A stretch of 64,000 bases of DNA from Octopus vulgaris. Taxonomy: Eukaryota. Position numbers and translations under genes: made by a program. The stretch is taken from the NCBI GenBank assembly GCA_951406725.2, contig OX597814.1:180420001-180484000 (forward strand), given 5' to 3'. A model generated the notes under the pieces. It did not search any database, had not been told where the DNA came from, and saw only the letters and a list, made by a program, of their open reading frames with translations. Shown piece by piece: positions 41,127 through 55,191 of this stretch (the first letter of the stretch is position 1; the number at the start of each line of letters is the position of its first letter).

Positions 41127-41849
41127 TAGTTTTATTTTTATAGCGTGCTTTCACTTCACTACCGAGCGCAGCTCTGTGTGCCTTGGGTATGTGCTGTGAT
41201 TTGTTGTGATGCTCTGATGGTTATTGTATGGAAAGTGTTCTGCGTAGGATGTGTGCAGTGCCTAGTAGTGTAATTTTCTGTATGTTATATGTGTTTGTAA
41301 GTCCTGGTGTTTTTGTTATGTATTTGTTTGAATATTTTTTTATCATGCCTAATGCACCTACTATGATAGGAATTGTTTCTGTTTTCAGATTCCACATTCT
41401 AGTTACCTCTATTTCCAGGTCTTTGTATTTTGAGAGTTTCTCCATTTCGTTTAGAGACACGTTGTCATCTGCCGGTATTGATACATCAATTAGAAAGCAT
41501 TTTTTTTTCTTCATGATCTCTGACAACTATATCTGGTCTGTTGGCCTTAATTATTTCCAGGTATTTGTGTTTTTTATCATGCCTAATGCACCTACTATGA
41601 TAGGAATTGTTTCTGTTTTCAGATTCCACATTTTAGTTACCTCTATTTCCAGGTATTTGTGTTTTGAAAGTTTCTCCATTTCTTTTAGAGATACGTTGTC
41701 ATCTGCTGGTATTGATACATCAATTAGAAAGCATTTTTTTTTCTTCATGATCTCTGACAACTATATCTGGTCTATTGGTCTTAATTTATCTATCTGTGTG
41801 TATTGGCATATCCCAGAGTATGGTTACTTTCTCGTTTTCTGTGACCTTA
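41123..41849 (-). mobile_element. R4-clade LINE 3' end with internal tandem duplication
   Basis: Two copies of CFLIDVSIPADDNVSL.EMEKLSK...IIVGALGMIK; flanked by (TAA)n. Confidence 0.9.
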
Positions 41850-41903
<54 letters not shown>

Positions 41904-41904
<1 letters not shown>

Positions 41905-43640
41905 TTTTTTTCTTCTTTCAAATTTACTTCCATTTCTTGCCGAGTGTCTTCCCGACTCCTAGGGCAAAGAAATTCATAGTATACATTGGTAGGCCATTAA
42001 ACCAAACTCAGTAGTTCGTTCATTTTTTAAAATTTTTTTTAAAGTTAAATTAAAATACATGAGCAGCAACAGTTCTCACATCGACAATGCTCTTCTCAAT
42101 ACCTGTGATGTACCAGTTAAGACAATCTTTTGCACTTCTTGCAGGATTGGTAAGCCAGGGATCATTCTCATATAATTTTCGGTTCCCTTCTTGATCATTC
42201 CTAGTGCTCCTACGATCACTGGTATTGTAACCGCCTTGAGATGCCACATTTTCTCAATTTCAATGAGTAGGTCTTTATATTTTCTGAGCTTGTCAAACTC
42301 TTTCGCTGAGATATTATGATCACAGGGGATGCTCATGTCGATCAATAAGCAAACTTTATTGTTTTGGTCTTTCACAACAATATCTGGTTTATTGGCCTTG
42401 ATGGTTCAGTCTGTATGTACTGGAAAGTCCCACAGAATGGTTACATTTTCTCCTTCAGTTACAGCCTCAGGGTGGTGATTATACCACTTGTCGGCAGTTT
42501 TGATATTGTAATGCCGACTTATTAGCCAGTGGAGATATTGGCCAACTCTGTCATGTCTTAATTTATATTCCACTGGTGCTAAGACTTTACATCCAGAGAT
42601 TAGGTGGTCCACTGTTTCAATCATGTCGTTGCAGAATCGGCATTTTGGGTCTGCTCCATTTTTCATCACATTGGCCTGGTAGTTCCGGGTTAATAGGCTT
42701 TGATCTTGAGCAGCCAGGATGAAACCTTCGCTCTCTGCTTTTAGCCCTGAGCTCCGTAGCCACTGATGGGTTTGCTTCTGGTCAACATCAGCTTGTTTGC
42801 TGCGGGTCACATATTTGCCGTGCAGAGGTTTCTCCTCCCACCTATCAGCCAATTGCTCGTGCGCTTTCTTCATTGCCATCATTTTCACCTTCTTTGCAAC
42901 AATAGTTGCCGTACTTCCCTCGGGTTGTTCAGTTTGGGTATCCTGCACGAGATCAATAGCAAATCTTTTGCTTTCCTTTATGATAGAATGAAGCTTCTTT
43001 CGTCTCTCGTGATTTTCCACGAGCTTTAGCATCCAGTCATTCGATATTTCGAGATATTTGGCCAGTCCAATTGTGGTTGTTTTGTAAGCTAGTTCAAATT
43101 GGATCAGGCCTCGACCTCCTTGGGCTCTGGGAAGGTAAAGGCGATCTACGTCTGCCTTTGGGTGGTGCATCCTATTACAACTCAGCAGCTTGCGTATGTT
43201 TCCATCTATATTCTTTACTTCACTCATATTCCAGTTCAACACATTGTAGCTATAAGTAACAGCTGGAACTGCTAAGGAATTTATAGCTAACACCTTGTTA
43301 CGTGCATTTAGTTCAGATTTCAGGACTGCAGGAACTCTCCTATAACATTCCTTCCTGATTTTCTCTTTCATGCTTGCATGCTGAATACCAGATCCTTCAT
43401 TTATCCCTAAATATTTGTATGTTTGTTCTTGCTCAAGCTCTCTTATAACTGTGTCAACATCTAACACGACTGAATTTGTGGTCTTCACTTTCCCTTTCTG
43501 GAAAGTGGCCTTGGCACACTTCTCAAGTCCAAACTCCATCCCGATGTCATCGCTGAATGCTTTCACGGTGCGCAATAGGACTTCAAGTTCATTATTGTCT
43601 TTACCATAAAGTTTTAAGTCATCCATATAAAATAGATGGC

Positions 43641-43643
<3 letters not shown>
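41904..43643 (-). mobile_element. 5'-truncated R4/Dong-clade LINE: RT C-terminal half, zinc knuckle, RLE endonuclease, 3' UTR
   Basis: ORFs 42406-43641 and 42076-42375 are in frame and separated by one TGA; HLFYMDDLKLY, YKYLG, GGRGL, CRFC..ETVDHLISGC, RHD, KPDIV..IDMSIP..K..KY. Confidence 0.95.
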
Positions 43644-43734
<91 letters not shown>

Positions 43735-43737
43735 CAT

Positions 43738-44229
43738 TCAGTAGTTTTATTTTTATAACGTGCTTTCACTTCACTACCGAGTGCAGCTCTGTGTGCCTTG
43801 GGTATGTGCTGTGATTTGTTGTGATGCTCTGATGGTTACTGTATTGAAAGTGTTCTGCGTAGGATGTGTGCAGTGCCTAGTAGTGCAATTTTCTGTATGT
43901 TATAAGTGTTTGTAAGTCCTGGTGTTTTTGTTATGTATTTGTCTGAATATTTTTTTATCATGCCTAATGCACCTACTATGATAGGAATTGTTTCTGTTTT
44001 CAGATTCCACATTCTAGTTACCTCTATTTCCAGGTATTTGTGTTTTGAGAGTTTCTCCATTTCTTTTAGAGATACGTTGTCATCTGCTGGTATTGATACA
44101 TCAATTAGAAAGCATTTTTTTTCTTCATGATCTCTGACAACTATATCTGGTCTGTTGGCCTTAATTTCTCTATCTGTGTGTATTGGCATATCCCAGAGTA
44201 TGGTTACTTTCTCGTTTTCTGTGACCTTA
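43738..44229 (-). mobile_element. R4-clade LINE 3' end (RLE domain plus 3' UTR)
   Basis: ORF 43836-44189 ILWDMPIHTDREIKANRPDIVV...; (TAA)n on both sides. Confidence 0.92.
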
Positions 44230-44314
<85 letters not shown>

Positions 44315-45051
44315 CATTGTTTGAATAGATATTTTGGAATATCTAAATACTCCCAATGGAATTTCAAGTTGTTTATTTATAATTTAATACCAACTAAATT
44401 CCGTTCCATTATTTGTATGATTATTTAAACATAGCTGAAATGCGTATTTGTAAACCACCCTTACAACTAACAAAGTTCTTTTTGTTTAGCGATTTGAAAA
44501 CTTTGGACATAGCTACATTAACTTTTGTAACCATAGCTAATAAAAAATTTGTTTAATTTCTTACGCAAATAATTCAATAAATATTTAAATAACTACATAA
44601 ATGTCCAGCTGCTTTTTTTTCTTTTGCTCTTCTGTCTCGCTCTGACATCTTTAATTACGAAAAATAACCTTTAGCATAGACAGCCTGAGTCTTCGCCACA
44701 AATCTAATTGTTTAATTTAAATTTGAAATTAAATTCACAGCTTCAACTGTACTATACTTGTCTTTACCTAATAGTATGCTCCCTCCTACGATTCCCTGTA
44801 TTAACACCCCACCTTCGTTCCTATAATATAGGTTCTATCACCTATACTACACTCCACATGAAAGCTTTACTTTCACTATGAAATGTGCGTGCGCATAACA
44901 TACATACATACATGTGTACATATGTGTGTGAGTGTGTGATGTGCATGTAAATTATCCAGAGCTGAAATTTGAATAAATTCTATTCCAATCTATTTAACCA
45001 TATCATGTCTGTTTTACACGTAATTTTTATATACAGTTACGCATCTGATGC

Positions 45052-45085
<34 letters not shown>

Positions 45086-45159
45086 GTGTGCGCGCGCATG
45101 CGCGCGTTTACATGCATTCATAGAAACTCATACGCACATTCATAAGCGTGCAGTTATAT

Positions 45160-45573
45160 CTTATTTTTTACTTGTTTCAGTCATTAGACTGCGGCCATGT
45201 TGGAATACCACCTTGCAGAATTTTAATCAAAGTACTTTTTTTTAAGCCTGGTAATTATGTCGGCTCTCTTTTACCGAACCGTTAAGTTACGGGGACGTAA
45301 ATACACCAACACCGGTTGTGAAGCGGTAATGGAGAACAAACACAAATAAACTCACTCATACGTACGCGCACACGCGCGCCTGCACACACACATATACGGA
45401 CAGGCGGACGGACTTCTTTCAGTTTCCGTCGACCAAATCCACTTTAGCATCGGGTCTTTGGTTGACCCGATGCTAAAGTAGGAGACACTTGCCCAAGGTA
45501 CCACGCAAGGGAACTGAGCCCGGAACCATGTGGTTGGGAAGCAAACTTCTTACCACAGACCCACCCCCGCACC
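45160..45573 (-). mobile_element. SINE family B
   Basis: Head and tail similarity to 11598-11982. Confidence 0.8.
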
Positions 45574-45664
45574 TATTGACACACCTATTTATTAATTATA
45601 TTGTGTCCCTTTTACACTTAATTTCTATGCACGGTTGCGTAAATGTTCCATTTATGTATACGCA

Positions 45665-45752
<88 letters not shown>

Positions 45753-47330
45753 GACGTTCTTGAACATACTTCGCCCTCCACAAACACACACATACACAAG
45801 TGTGCAACGATATGTAGGAGTTTTTATGTCTATGCATTAACACTTTAGATATTAGAGTTGCAGCCAATAATATTCATTTTGTATGGATGATAAACTTAAT
45901 ATCGCTTTAGGGCCAGACTCGGTATATTTGTGTGTGTGTGTAAGTGTTTGAGTATATATATTTGCGTATGTTTATGTGTCTGAGTGTATGTGTGTCTGTA
46001 TATGTATTAGCCTTTCTTGTTCTTATATAACCCTCAAGCTATCCCCAGTCGAACAGACCTAATTACCGTGATTGTATGAAAAGATTGCAGCAACAGTTTT
46101 ATGCATAGCTTGACATAATAGTAGCGTAGCATATATGTATTATAATGGAAGATTATTTCCTAGAGGAAATTTTATATCGATTGTATGAATTTATGGATCG
46201 TGTTTCACAATTAGTTTCCAAAAGGAAACAATGCGTATAATTGTGTGAACATTTTCAATCGATCTTAATTTTTCTGTTCGTTTTCAATATTTTACGCTTC
46301 GATCGGTGTATTTCGCGAATGATTTCAGGTGCCTTACTTCTATATATAAATCCAATTCGAGATAGCTTTATCTACTCTGAAGCTTATTTTATAACGCTGA
46401 CTTTCAATGTATTTAATTCCTCTGATGCAGTCCTAGACACATTCCAAATATTTTTTTTTGTTGCTTGTCGAAACGAAATACCTAAAACTTTTAAAGAGAA
46501 ATAGAAAGACATTTTGTGATGTTCAGGCTTTCTTTAAGAAATGACTGACGCAATGTGAGCTTTTCCTCACATTAAAAGCAGCATTATGGCATCATTTTCT
46601 GAGTTTGTCTTTGGAGTTCGGCAAACACACACACTCACGCACACGCACACACACACACACACACACACGCACGCACGCACGCACACACACACAAACTCAT
46701 AAATACAAAACCAAATACTGCCATATTTTAAATTTAATATTCAATTTAGAAAGGTGATCGTAATGTAATGTTTATGTAATACTCATTTTTAATTCATTGA
46801 AACGCAGTAATGACAAGATAAATATTAATAATAATCCTATCTCAATACTCTAATACACGCTTCTAGTGAATATAATGATATATAAATAAAATCAGTGCCT
46901 GTTACTCGTGTTCTTCATAAATAAGCCATAACCAACCTCTTCTCGGTGTCATCGTTTATCTCCAGACTTTATTAACATAACATATGTAAACGTATTGTCG
47001 ATTTATTAAGACAAACATTAATTTGTTTCGTGAATAACTTATACAAACTAATGCTGAGATATCCGTGTAGTTTTCTTTCTTCGAGATCTAGAGATATGGA
47101 TACAAAAGGAGTTTGGTCATAAAAGCATATATCTTTTGTCTTTTCTCTCATAATTTTTCAGTCATTGGATTGCAGCCATGCAACAAGTCTTGGGGTCGAT
47201 TTTATCGACTAAAGACGGTGCTCCAGGTTAAGTCGAACGAATCGCACCAGAGTTTATTTTTTTTAAATCTGGTATTTATTTTCTTATCACTTTTGCAGAA
47301 GCGTTCAAGTTAATTGGATATTAAAAAAAA

Positions 47331-47507
47331 GCATTTGACTGTGGCCATGCTGGAGCACCGCGTTTAGTCGAACAAATCGACCCCAGGACTTATTCTTTGT
47401 AAGCCTAGTACTTATTCTATCGGTCTCTTAGGCCGAACCGCTAAGTTATGGGGACGTGAACATACCAGCATCGGTTGTCAAGCGATGTTGGGGACAAACA
47501 AAGACAT

Positions 47508-47543
<36 letters not shown>

Positions 47544-47683
47544 GACGGGCTTCTTTCAGTTTCCGTCTACCAAATCCACTTGACCCGAGGCTATAGTAGA
47601 AGACACTTGCCCAAGGTGCCACGCAGTGGGACTGAACCCGGAACTATGTGGTTGGTAAGCAAGATACTTACCGCACAGCCACT
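47331..47683 (-). mobile_element. SINE family B
   Basis: High similarity to 11598-11982. Confidence 0.85.
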
Positions 47684-47719
47684 ATATTTTTAGTGTTTTA
47701 CTTGGTGGGTGCGGTAGAC

Positions 47720-48290
47720 TATATTAAAAGAAACTTCAAATCTAAGCAGGAACTTCCCAATGTTAGAACCATGCAGGGCTTCGAGGAGAAATTATGGAAT
47801 ATGGTGAAAAACATCAAATTCAAAAAATACCCTTATTTGACATAACAAGCCCCTCAGCAACTTATATCTTTTATCTAGACTAGAGATAGAATTTACGAAT
47901 ATAGATGGTGGTCTTTATAAGGACGACCAACTACTTATAACCAGGAACTGTACTAATAGGTCATTAGAATGCCTAAAGAAGAAAATGTACAAGCTCTTTA
48001 AGAATTATGGCCTAGGGATATCTATGGGGAAGAACACTATGCAGTAAATTACCTAGACGTCATCCTTAATCTTGTCACTAATAAGATCCATTCATTCCAT
48101 AAACTGAATGAATATTTTATGTATATTAGTTCTTTAAGTAGCCATCCGAGATCAGTTAAAGAAGCGTTAATAGATAATATAGGCAAAAGAATATCTATGC
48201 TATCCTTTGATTATGACACTTTTAATAAACATGCCCCATATTATAATAAGGCATTAAAAGAAGCGGGATACTATTCTAATATAAAATTCT
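47720..48290 (+). mobile_element. PLE reverse transcriptase relic with internal deletion
   Basis: FEEKLWNMVKNIKF; GLYKDDQLL (GLYRDDGL-type catalytic motif); VNYLDVILNL; YISSLSSHP; KRISMLS..F....PYYNKALKEAGY. Confidence 0.8.
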
Positions 48291-48444
48291 TTAATTATTA
48301 CGAAGACCTTAATAATATAACAGGTAATCCTAATAATAATTGTAACAGCAAAAATATGAATAATAATAAAAGGCAACATAATAAACTAAAGAAAAATAAA
48401 AACAATATAGTTATTATTAATGATTACAATAATAATAGTAATAT

Positions 48445-48686
48445 TTATTTATTTCTCGCCCACAGAGGTGGGGGGGCTAAACATAGAGGAGACAAATGAG
48501 GACAGACAACGGGATTAAGTCGATTACATCGACCCTAGTGCGTAATTGTTACTTATTTAATCGACCCCGAAAGGATGAAAGGCAAAGTTGACCTCGGCGG
48601 AATTTGAGCTCAGAACGTAAAGACAGACGAAATAACGCTAAACATTTCGCCCGGCATGCTAACGTTTCTAGCAGCTCACCGCCTTG
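48445..48686 (-). mobile_element. SINE family A
   Basis: Reverse complement of the family A consensus. Confidence 0.85.
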
Positions 48687-48877
48687 AAAAATAGCAATAT
48701 TGATAATGAGAATATGGTCAATAGTAAGAAACATAGTATATTATACAAGCGGAGATATAATACTGTAATTACTGCCAAAGGCGGTCTTGCCCCATATTAA
48801 AATACATTTGTTTGAAATTTTAAGACGCTTCCATTATTTTGTCCAACCCATGTATATATGCATATATATATATATAT

Positions 48878-48962
48878 AGGGGAGCATTCACAAAAAAAAA
48901 ACAGCAAAAGACGAAAACAGGTGGTGTAGACAACAAACAGATGTATTAGTATAACGCTCGGA
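48878..48962 (-). mobile_element. Truncated copy of the (TA)n-associated HHR element, ribozyme not included
   Basis: GGGAG.ATTCA...CAGGTGGTGTAGACAACAAACAGAT...TAACGCTCGG matches 59312-59383; (TA)n on both sides. Confidence 0.75.
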
Positions 48963-49041
48963 TATATATACATATATATATTGTTTTATTTCAGGACGGT
49001 GATTTTCTTTCCAAAGAAACACACGTACTATATATTCGTTC

Positions 49042-49093
<52 letters not shown>

Positions 49094-49884
49094 GTGTGTG
49101 TATATGGGGGGTTGGATGGGTGGGTGTGCGTGTGTGTGTACAACCACTTCTGTATAGACTCTGTCTACCAAACTCTACTGACAGGGCAATGGTCAAAATC
49201 AATTTATGCTAGAAAAACCTAACCATGGTGCTGTGCACTGAGTTAAGACTTAAAATAGCATAGTTAAGAAGCTGTCTTCTAAATTACGCAGCCATGTCTG
49301 CGCCTATTGACTAGATGCCGAGTGTTAACTTCAGTTAGCTGTCGATATGATATTCAACAAATGTTGTGTAGGAGTAAAGGTTTTTACTAACACATCCGGT
49401 GAAAGAAATTCAGGAAACCTGCAAAAGATTTTGAGAACGTTATTACTTTTGTTCATTTTGTAAAGAAACACACACACACACACACACATACATATATATG
49501 TTCATACACCACAATCACGCAGACACACATACATACATACACAAACAAATACGTGTACATATGCTCTCATACAGAGATATTCGATATAAGTATATACAAA
49601 TTAACGTTAGAGACAAAACTGATTGCCGTTATTTTTATTGTCATTGTTGTTCTCGACTATCAATAACATTCAGTGAATCTGAGAAGTGCTAAAAGGAAGT
49701 TGCGGGCAGGAAAAAACAGATGTTTGTTTTTTTTAATTCTATAAATGCTTCAGTTAGAATTGAGGAATTTACAAAGAAGAATGTGGTTGAGAGAATGTCA
49801 TTACAAGAATTAGAAAAGAAAAAGTAATACACACAAGTGGGGTTGTTTCCGATGTTTGCCTTAGGCTTAGTTGTTGTTTTCGGA

Positions 49885-50273
49885 TCTTTTACTTGTTTCA
49901 GTCATTTGACTGCGGCCATGCTGGGGCACGCTCTTGAAGAGTTTTTAGTCCAGCAAATCAACTCCAGGTCATATTTTTTTAAAAGCCAGGTACTTACTCT
50001 ATCGGTGCTTTTGCCGCATCGCTAAGTTACTGGGACATAACCAAACCAATACCAGTTGTCAGGCGGTGGTGGAGGGACAAATGCAGACACAAGGAAACAC
50101 ACACACACACACACACACACATACGACGGGATTCATTCAGTTTCTATTCACAAGGCTTTGGTCGGCCCGAGGCTATTGTAGAAAACACTCGCCTAAGGTG
50201 CCACGCAGTGGGACTGAACCTGGAATCAGATGGTTGGGAAGCAAGCTTCTTACCTCACAGCCATGCCTGCGCC
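49885..50273 (-). mobile_element. SINE family B
   Basis: Head and tail similarity, internal (CA)n. Confidence 0.8.
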
Positions 50274-50674
50274 TGTGGATATGTGTTGTTTAAAATTATC
50301 TTCATTAGGAAAATAACGTCGTTCACGAGAGATGCTTAATAAACATCCTTATACTGTACTGTCGATACACAAAGTTACTGTGTACACACTCTCCCTTTTG
50401 GTAATTCCATGTGCTTCTTTATTCGCCTGTCATGGTCACAGACATAGGACAGTGACTAAGACAAGCTACGAACTAACAACCACTCGGCTTTTTCTCAGTC
50501 ACAATATTTACTCTCCATTCAATCTGTCAGTTCAGTACCATTAATTTACTCTCCATTCAAGTTATCAGTTCAGTACCATTAAACTCAGTACGTTACATTG
50601 GTACCAGACCACAATTTACATGAATTAAATCGGGGAAGGACACGGCTGATCGAATCGGCCCCAATATCAAATCG

Positions 50675-50890
50675 CCTAAGATGTTGAGCTAGAAGAATTA
50701 TTTGCACGCTGGGCTAATTATTAGCATGCTTTGTGGTGTTCTATCTGTCTTTCGTTCCGAGTTCAAATTCCGCTGAGGTGGTCTTTCATTCTCTCGTGGT
50801 TGATAAAATAAGTACCAGTTAATTACTGAGATCGATGTCATCTGCCTACCTACTCAACTGAAACTGCTGGCCTTGAGCCAAAATTTGAAA
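50675..50890 (+). mobile_element. SINE family A, decayed
   Basis: GAGTTCAAATTCCGCTGAGG...GATAAAATAAGTACCAG...CCAAAATTTGAAA. Confidence 0.65.
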
Positions 50891-51519
50891 TCAGTAGCAG
50901 ACTGCTTAATTGTTTTAACAATAATGGTTTCATGTTTTAACTAAATACATTCTGCTTCACATGGGTGTCAAAATATTCTTTTGCCATTTAACATATGCAC
51001 GATTTCAACTCACACACAATTCACACTCATACGGACATATGAGGTTTACACGGAAACAGAACATAAGATATTTCGAACGTTTGCGCTACCAATTGTAAAT
51101 AATACATAGCTCAATGGTCGGGTAGCGGTATCTATTTACAGAAATAAATTTGTTTCCATTCTTTCTAAGGGTTTCTCCTGATGACGCTGCAGTTAAAAGT
51201 TTACCAGTACGGTTTTACTAGTAGAGACAGAGTGTCAGCTGGGAATATGTAACATAATTCTGTATATACGTTTCAATAGACAATGAGTTCGACTCGATAT
51301 TAGCATTGAGAATATGTATATATATAATATAGGACAATCAGTTAGTTGTCATAATAAACCTCATATTTCTCTTCTTCCTGCAAAATACAACTTAAGCGAA
51401 ATTGCAAATTACATTGTATAATTTCTATTAGTGCACAGCACCTTCAGTTACTTTTATCCTGTTTTTAGTATATACGTTTCTGTATGCGTGATTTCATTGC
51501 TCAGATTTGAGGGATTATA

Positions 51520-51934
51520 TCTTTTATTTGTTTCAGTCATTGCATTGTAGCCATGATGGGTACCGTCTTCAGGAGTTTTAGTCAAACAAATCGACCTCAG
51601 CATTTAGGGTTTTTTTAAAAATTGTATACAATATATTATGTCATTTTTTTTTTTGCCGAACCACTATGTTACAAGACGAAAAAATACTAACACTGGTTGA
51701 CAGATAGTTGAGGAAGTAACAAACACAGACAATACATATACACATACACACACAAACACACACATACGAAAAAAGTTCCACAGTGTTTCCGTCAACCAAA
51801 TTCATACACAAGGCATTGGTCAGCCTGAAGCTTTTGTAGAAGACACTTTGCTAAAGTGCTGGACTGTGGGACTGAACCTGTAGCCACGCGCTTGCGTTGC
51901 AAAATGAGCTTCTTAACCACAGTCATACCTGCCT
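51520..51934 (-). mobile_element. SINE family B, decayed
   Basis: TTGTTTCAGTCAT...GGGACTGAACC...CCACAGTCATACCTGCC. Confidence 0.7.
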
Positions 51935-53499
51935 GGTCCAGTAATTTCAAGAAAGGCATCACTGCATGAAACCGTTCCCAGCAACTGTCTGGCATTTAAT
52001 TTATCGACCTCGAGAAGATGAATGGTAATGTCGACTTTAACAAGAATAAATAAGTTTGCGTTTGGCCTAATTTTTTTTTATATCTGTTGTTTTCTTCTGA
52101 CACGATATTGATGGTTTTAGCTATTTTTCTTAATTTGGAGGTTGAATTGGTACTACTGAATTCGTTCAGAATTTACAGTTCGTCATTAGCAATGAAAAAA
52201 AAATGATTAATTTTTATGCCTTAGCATATGTATAGCATATTGTTGTCTTAATGCCAAAGAAAATGTAAGTGTAGAAACCAGTCGCTTTAATTTAGAAGCT
52301 TTCTAATAAAGATGAGTTTCGTTGATATAATTCACCATTGTTTTTGCTTTTTTTAATCAGCAAAATTGTTTTTTGTACAATCATGATATTTTATCATCTT
52401 ACCTGCTTGTTATTGATGTCATCTATGGTAAGTTGATGTTTCCAGAGTCCACAAATGAGAAACAACGTCAAAAGCCTTTTCATATTATACTTATTCTATG
52501 CTCAGAAACTTCTTAGCCTTATTTATCAGACTTAACCCATAGCCTATTTTAACACCATTACATGGCATATAACATGTTTTTAGCGAAGTCCACTCTTCCG
52601 CAAACATTTGGACTAGGTAACCAGTCTGAAAAAAATCCCTACCTTCTTTTTTACTAATTTCGAAAACCTTAATAAAAATTTCATCGGTGCTACCCTTCCT
52701 CATTTGAATAAGCCATTAAACATGAGCGTCGAGTGAAAGTCGTTAGAAAATCGAATAGAATACTTCTTGGTATTTGTTCTGACTTTCAAAATTCAACTTT
52801 GCCTTTCGTCGTCTAGAAGAAGCGATCTAAAAAGTGGTGGATTGGCGGATCGGCAGTCTTGTGATACTTGACCCCGCTCTATACATTCTGAGCTCAAATT
52901 CCGCCAGGGCCTACTCAGATGGTAGGCTTTACCTGTCGCATAGTTTAACACTATCGCCTGGTACCTTGGGTGCCTTTAGTGTAGTCCATTCTGCTGCATG
53001 CATTCGAGCCATGCTTCCGGTTTGAGGATATCTTCCTCTCTCTCTCACCCACCATTATTAGAGGCTCTCTAGCGGATCATGGATACCGTTTACACTTTTG
53101 ACTAAAAACGTAAAGGAGAAATCAATTTTCTGAATGTGTGTTGGACATTCCAGTTTGAAAGATTTGTTGACCTCTTAGCGTTTAGAAGATTGGACCTTTT
53201 CTCTTGGTTAAACATATATGTTGCCTCTGTAACTTTCAGTATATCATTAGCTGTCTTTGCAAATACTTTATGCATATCTGTTAGATATTTTTGCATGAAG
53301 ATTTTGAGTTTATTATTTTATAGTGCTTGTCCCTTGGTATCTGGACTACATCTTGGGTTGCTATTCCCCTCCCCCCGATCTTTCAACTGCTGTACTTGTT
53401 TTGTCATTCTCACTATCTGTGATATATCCGCAATGCGTGTTTTTTTAAAAAACAACTCTTTTTTGAAGTTGGCGGTACACACTAATTCCTGTTATCTGT

Positions 53500-54330
53500 T
53501 TACCTTGATCTACATAAACTCGTTTGGCAAAGAGTCAAAGTGTTTGTTTTGCTCATAAAAAGTCTTGTCACTTTTTATTTTACATCAACTCTTTGCGATT
53601 TAGCGAGTTGAATATCTCTTGTTTTAGCTGTTTCTTTATGTTCTCCTCCTGTACCAATCTTTTTTAATTTCTGTCATTTTCTTGTTGATTTCGTTATGAA
53701 TTGACAGATAACTTGCTATTCGGCTATCGTTCTCTATACATTTGTTTTTCCAATTCATTTTCTTAAAGTTGAATGGCCAAATAGCAGAAGTTTTGAGGAA
53801 GTACTCACTTCATTCTCTAACTCCTATGGCTGTGATAGATTATTTTATTTATCATGCTGATATTGATGCTTGTATCCATTTTCAATACATTTACGATGTC
53901 CAAGATGGCGTTTATTTTTGTTGGTTTGTTTTTATTTAGCATTGTTGTTTCTCTTATTTTTAAAGTTTCGCGTGAAGGGAGTTGGTCTGTAAGAAGATCT
54001 ATCAATTTCAATTCTTTAATTATTTCATTATCAACCATTCCAACTTTAGGTTTTTCTATTCTTAAAGCTTTCTTGTATTCACCTCTATTTTACAGCCTAA
54101 TTTTCAGCTTTGTTGATTAGAATTCTGTATGATGGAGTTTAATCCTGTGTTTCGCTGTTTCTTTTATCTCTTGCGGGTGCGTCTTCATTATTGATTTTCT
54201 TAGTGTTTAACGAGTCTTTGTATATATTTTTTTATTTTTGCCGTTTGAATTTTAATTGTCTGTTTTTTTTTTTTGTTTTTTGTTTTTTTTGTTCGTTGTC
54301 GTTTATTTTCGCAGTGTATTGTCCTGTTTC
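53500..54330 (-). mobile_element. Decayed R4-like LINE ORF, region N-terminal of RT
   Basis: INKIIY..., WKNK..., LKQEI...EQNKHF motifs resemble the R4 pre-RT region; many stops. Confidence 0.4.
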
Positions 54331-54637
54331 TGAATTTGGTATATTTTAATGTTAAGAATAAGTCTTCTTGAATCAAATAGTCTGTAAACCCAGTGTTACT
54401 TTCAGGTCAGAGTTACTTTCTCTGTAGAAAGTACATGTTCATATTGTGTTAGATCAAATGACAGCACACTATGGTCCCAGGTTCAAATCAAACCCGCATT
54501 TTTTTTTCGTTGCTTATGTGAAATTTCATGCAAAGATTCTTGGTATTCCTTATCTATCGTTCATTAGCAAAGAATAAACGGAACATCGATAATTAGAGCA
54601 GAAGGTTTGTTTCATATATTAATATATAACATATATT

Positions 54638-54833
54638 AAGGTAGCGAGATGGCAGAATCGTTAGCACACCGAGCAAAAAGCTTAGCGGCATTTCGTTCGT
54701 CTTCACGTTCCGAATTCGACCTTGCCTTTCATCCTGTCGGGGTCGATAAAACATGTACCAGTTGAGTAATAGGGTCGACGCAATCGACTTACATCCGCCC
54801 CGAAATTGTTGAACTTTCGCCAAAATTTGAAAC
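54638..54833 (+). mobile_element. SINE family A
   Basis: Family A head and body. Confidence 0.75.
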
Positions 54834-54969
54834 CTATATATAACATATAATTACTATGGCAGAGAGCAGGCAGAATCTTTAGTACGCCGGACAAAATACT
54901 TCGCCTGTCTTTACATCTTGGGTTCAAATAAATGCATGCGAGATTTCACAGCTCTACCATCACTCCATA

Positions 54970-55002
54970 GTCAGCCCGCGAACTTTTCAGCCCACCCTCG
55001 TA
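54970..55002. mobile_element. Single mariner-like terminal inverted repeat ending at TA
   Basis: Reverse complement TA|CGAGGGTGGGCTGAAAAGTTC resembles mariner TIRs; partner end not found. Confidence 0.4.
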
Positions 55003-55191
55003 GCATATATTGTATACAATATATACATTGATTTAAATATACCGATATTTTATATTAATGTAAAATAAGTCTGAAATTTCATTTCGTTCTTTAGCTACAA
55101 TATTTTAAGCAATAAATGTCTTTATCTTCCCATATGAATGGATTAGCAGACAATAACAGTCTCGTTTGTTGTTGCAATATAATTTATATGT

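Noticed and set aside
41228-41962. 244-aa plus-strand ORF with an internal repeat
   Set aside because: Antisense shadow of the duplicated R4 endonuclease fragments
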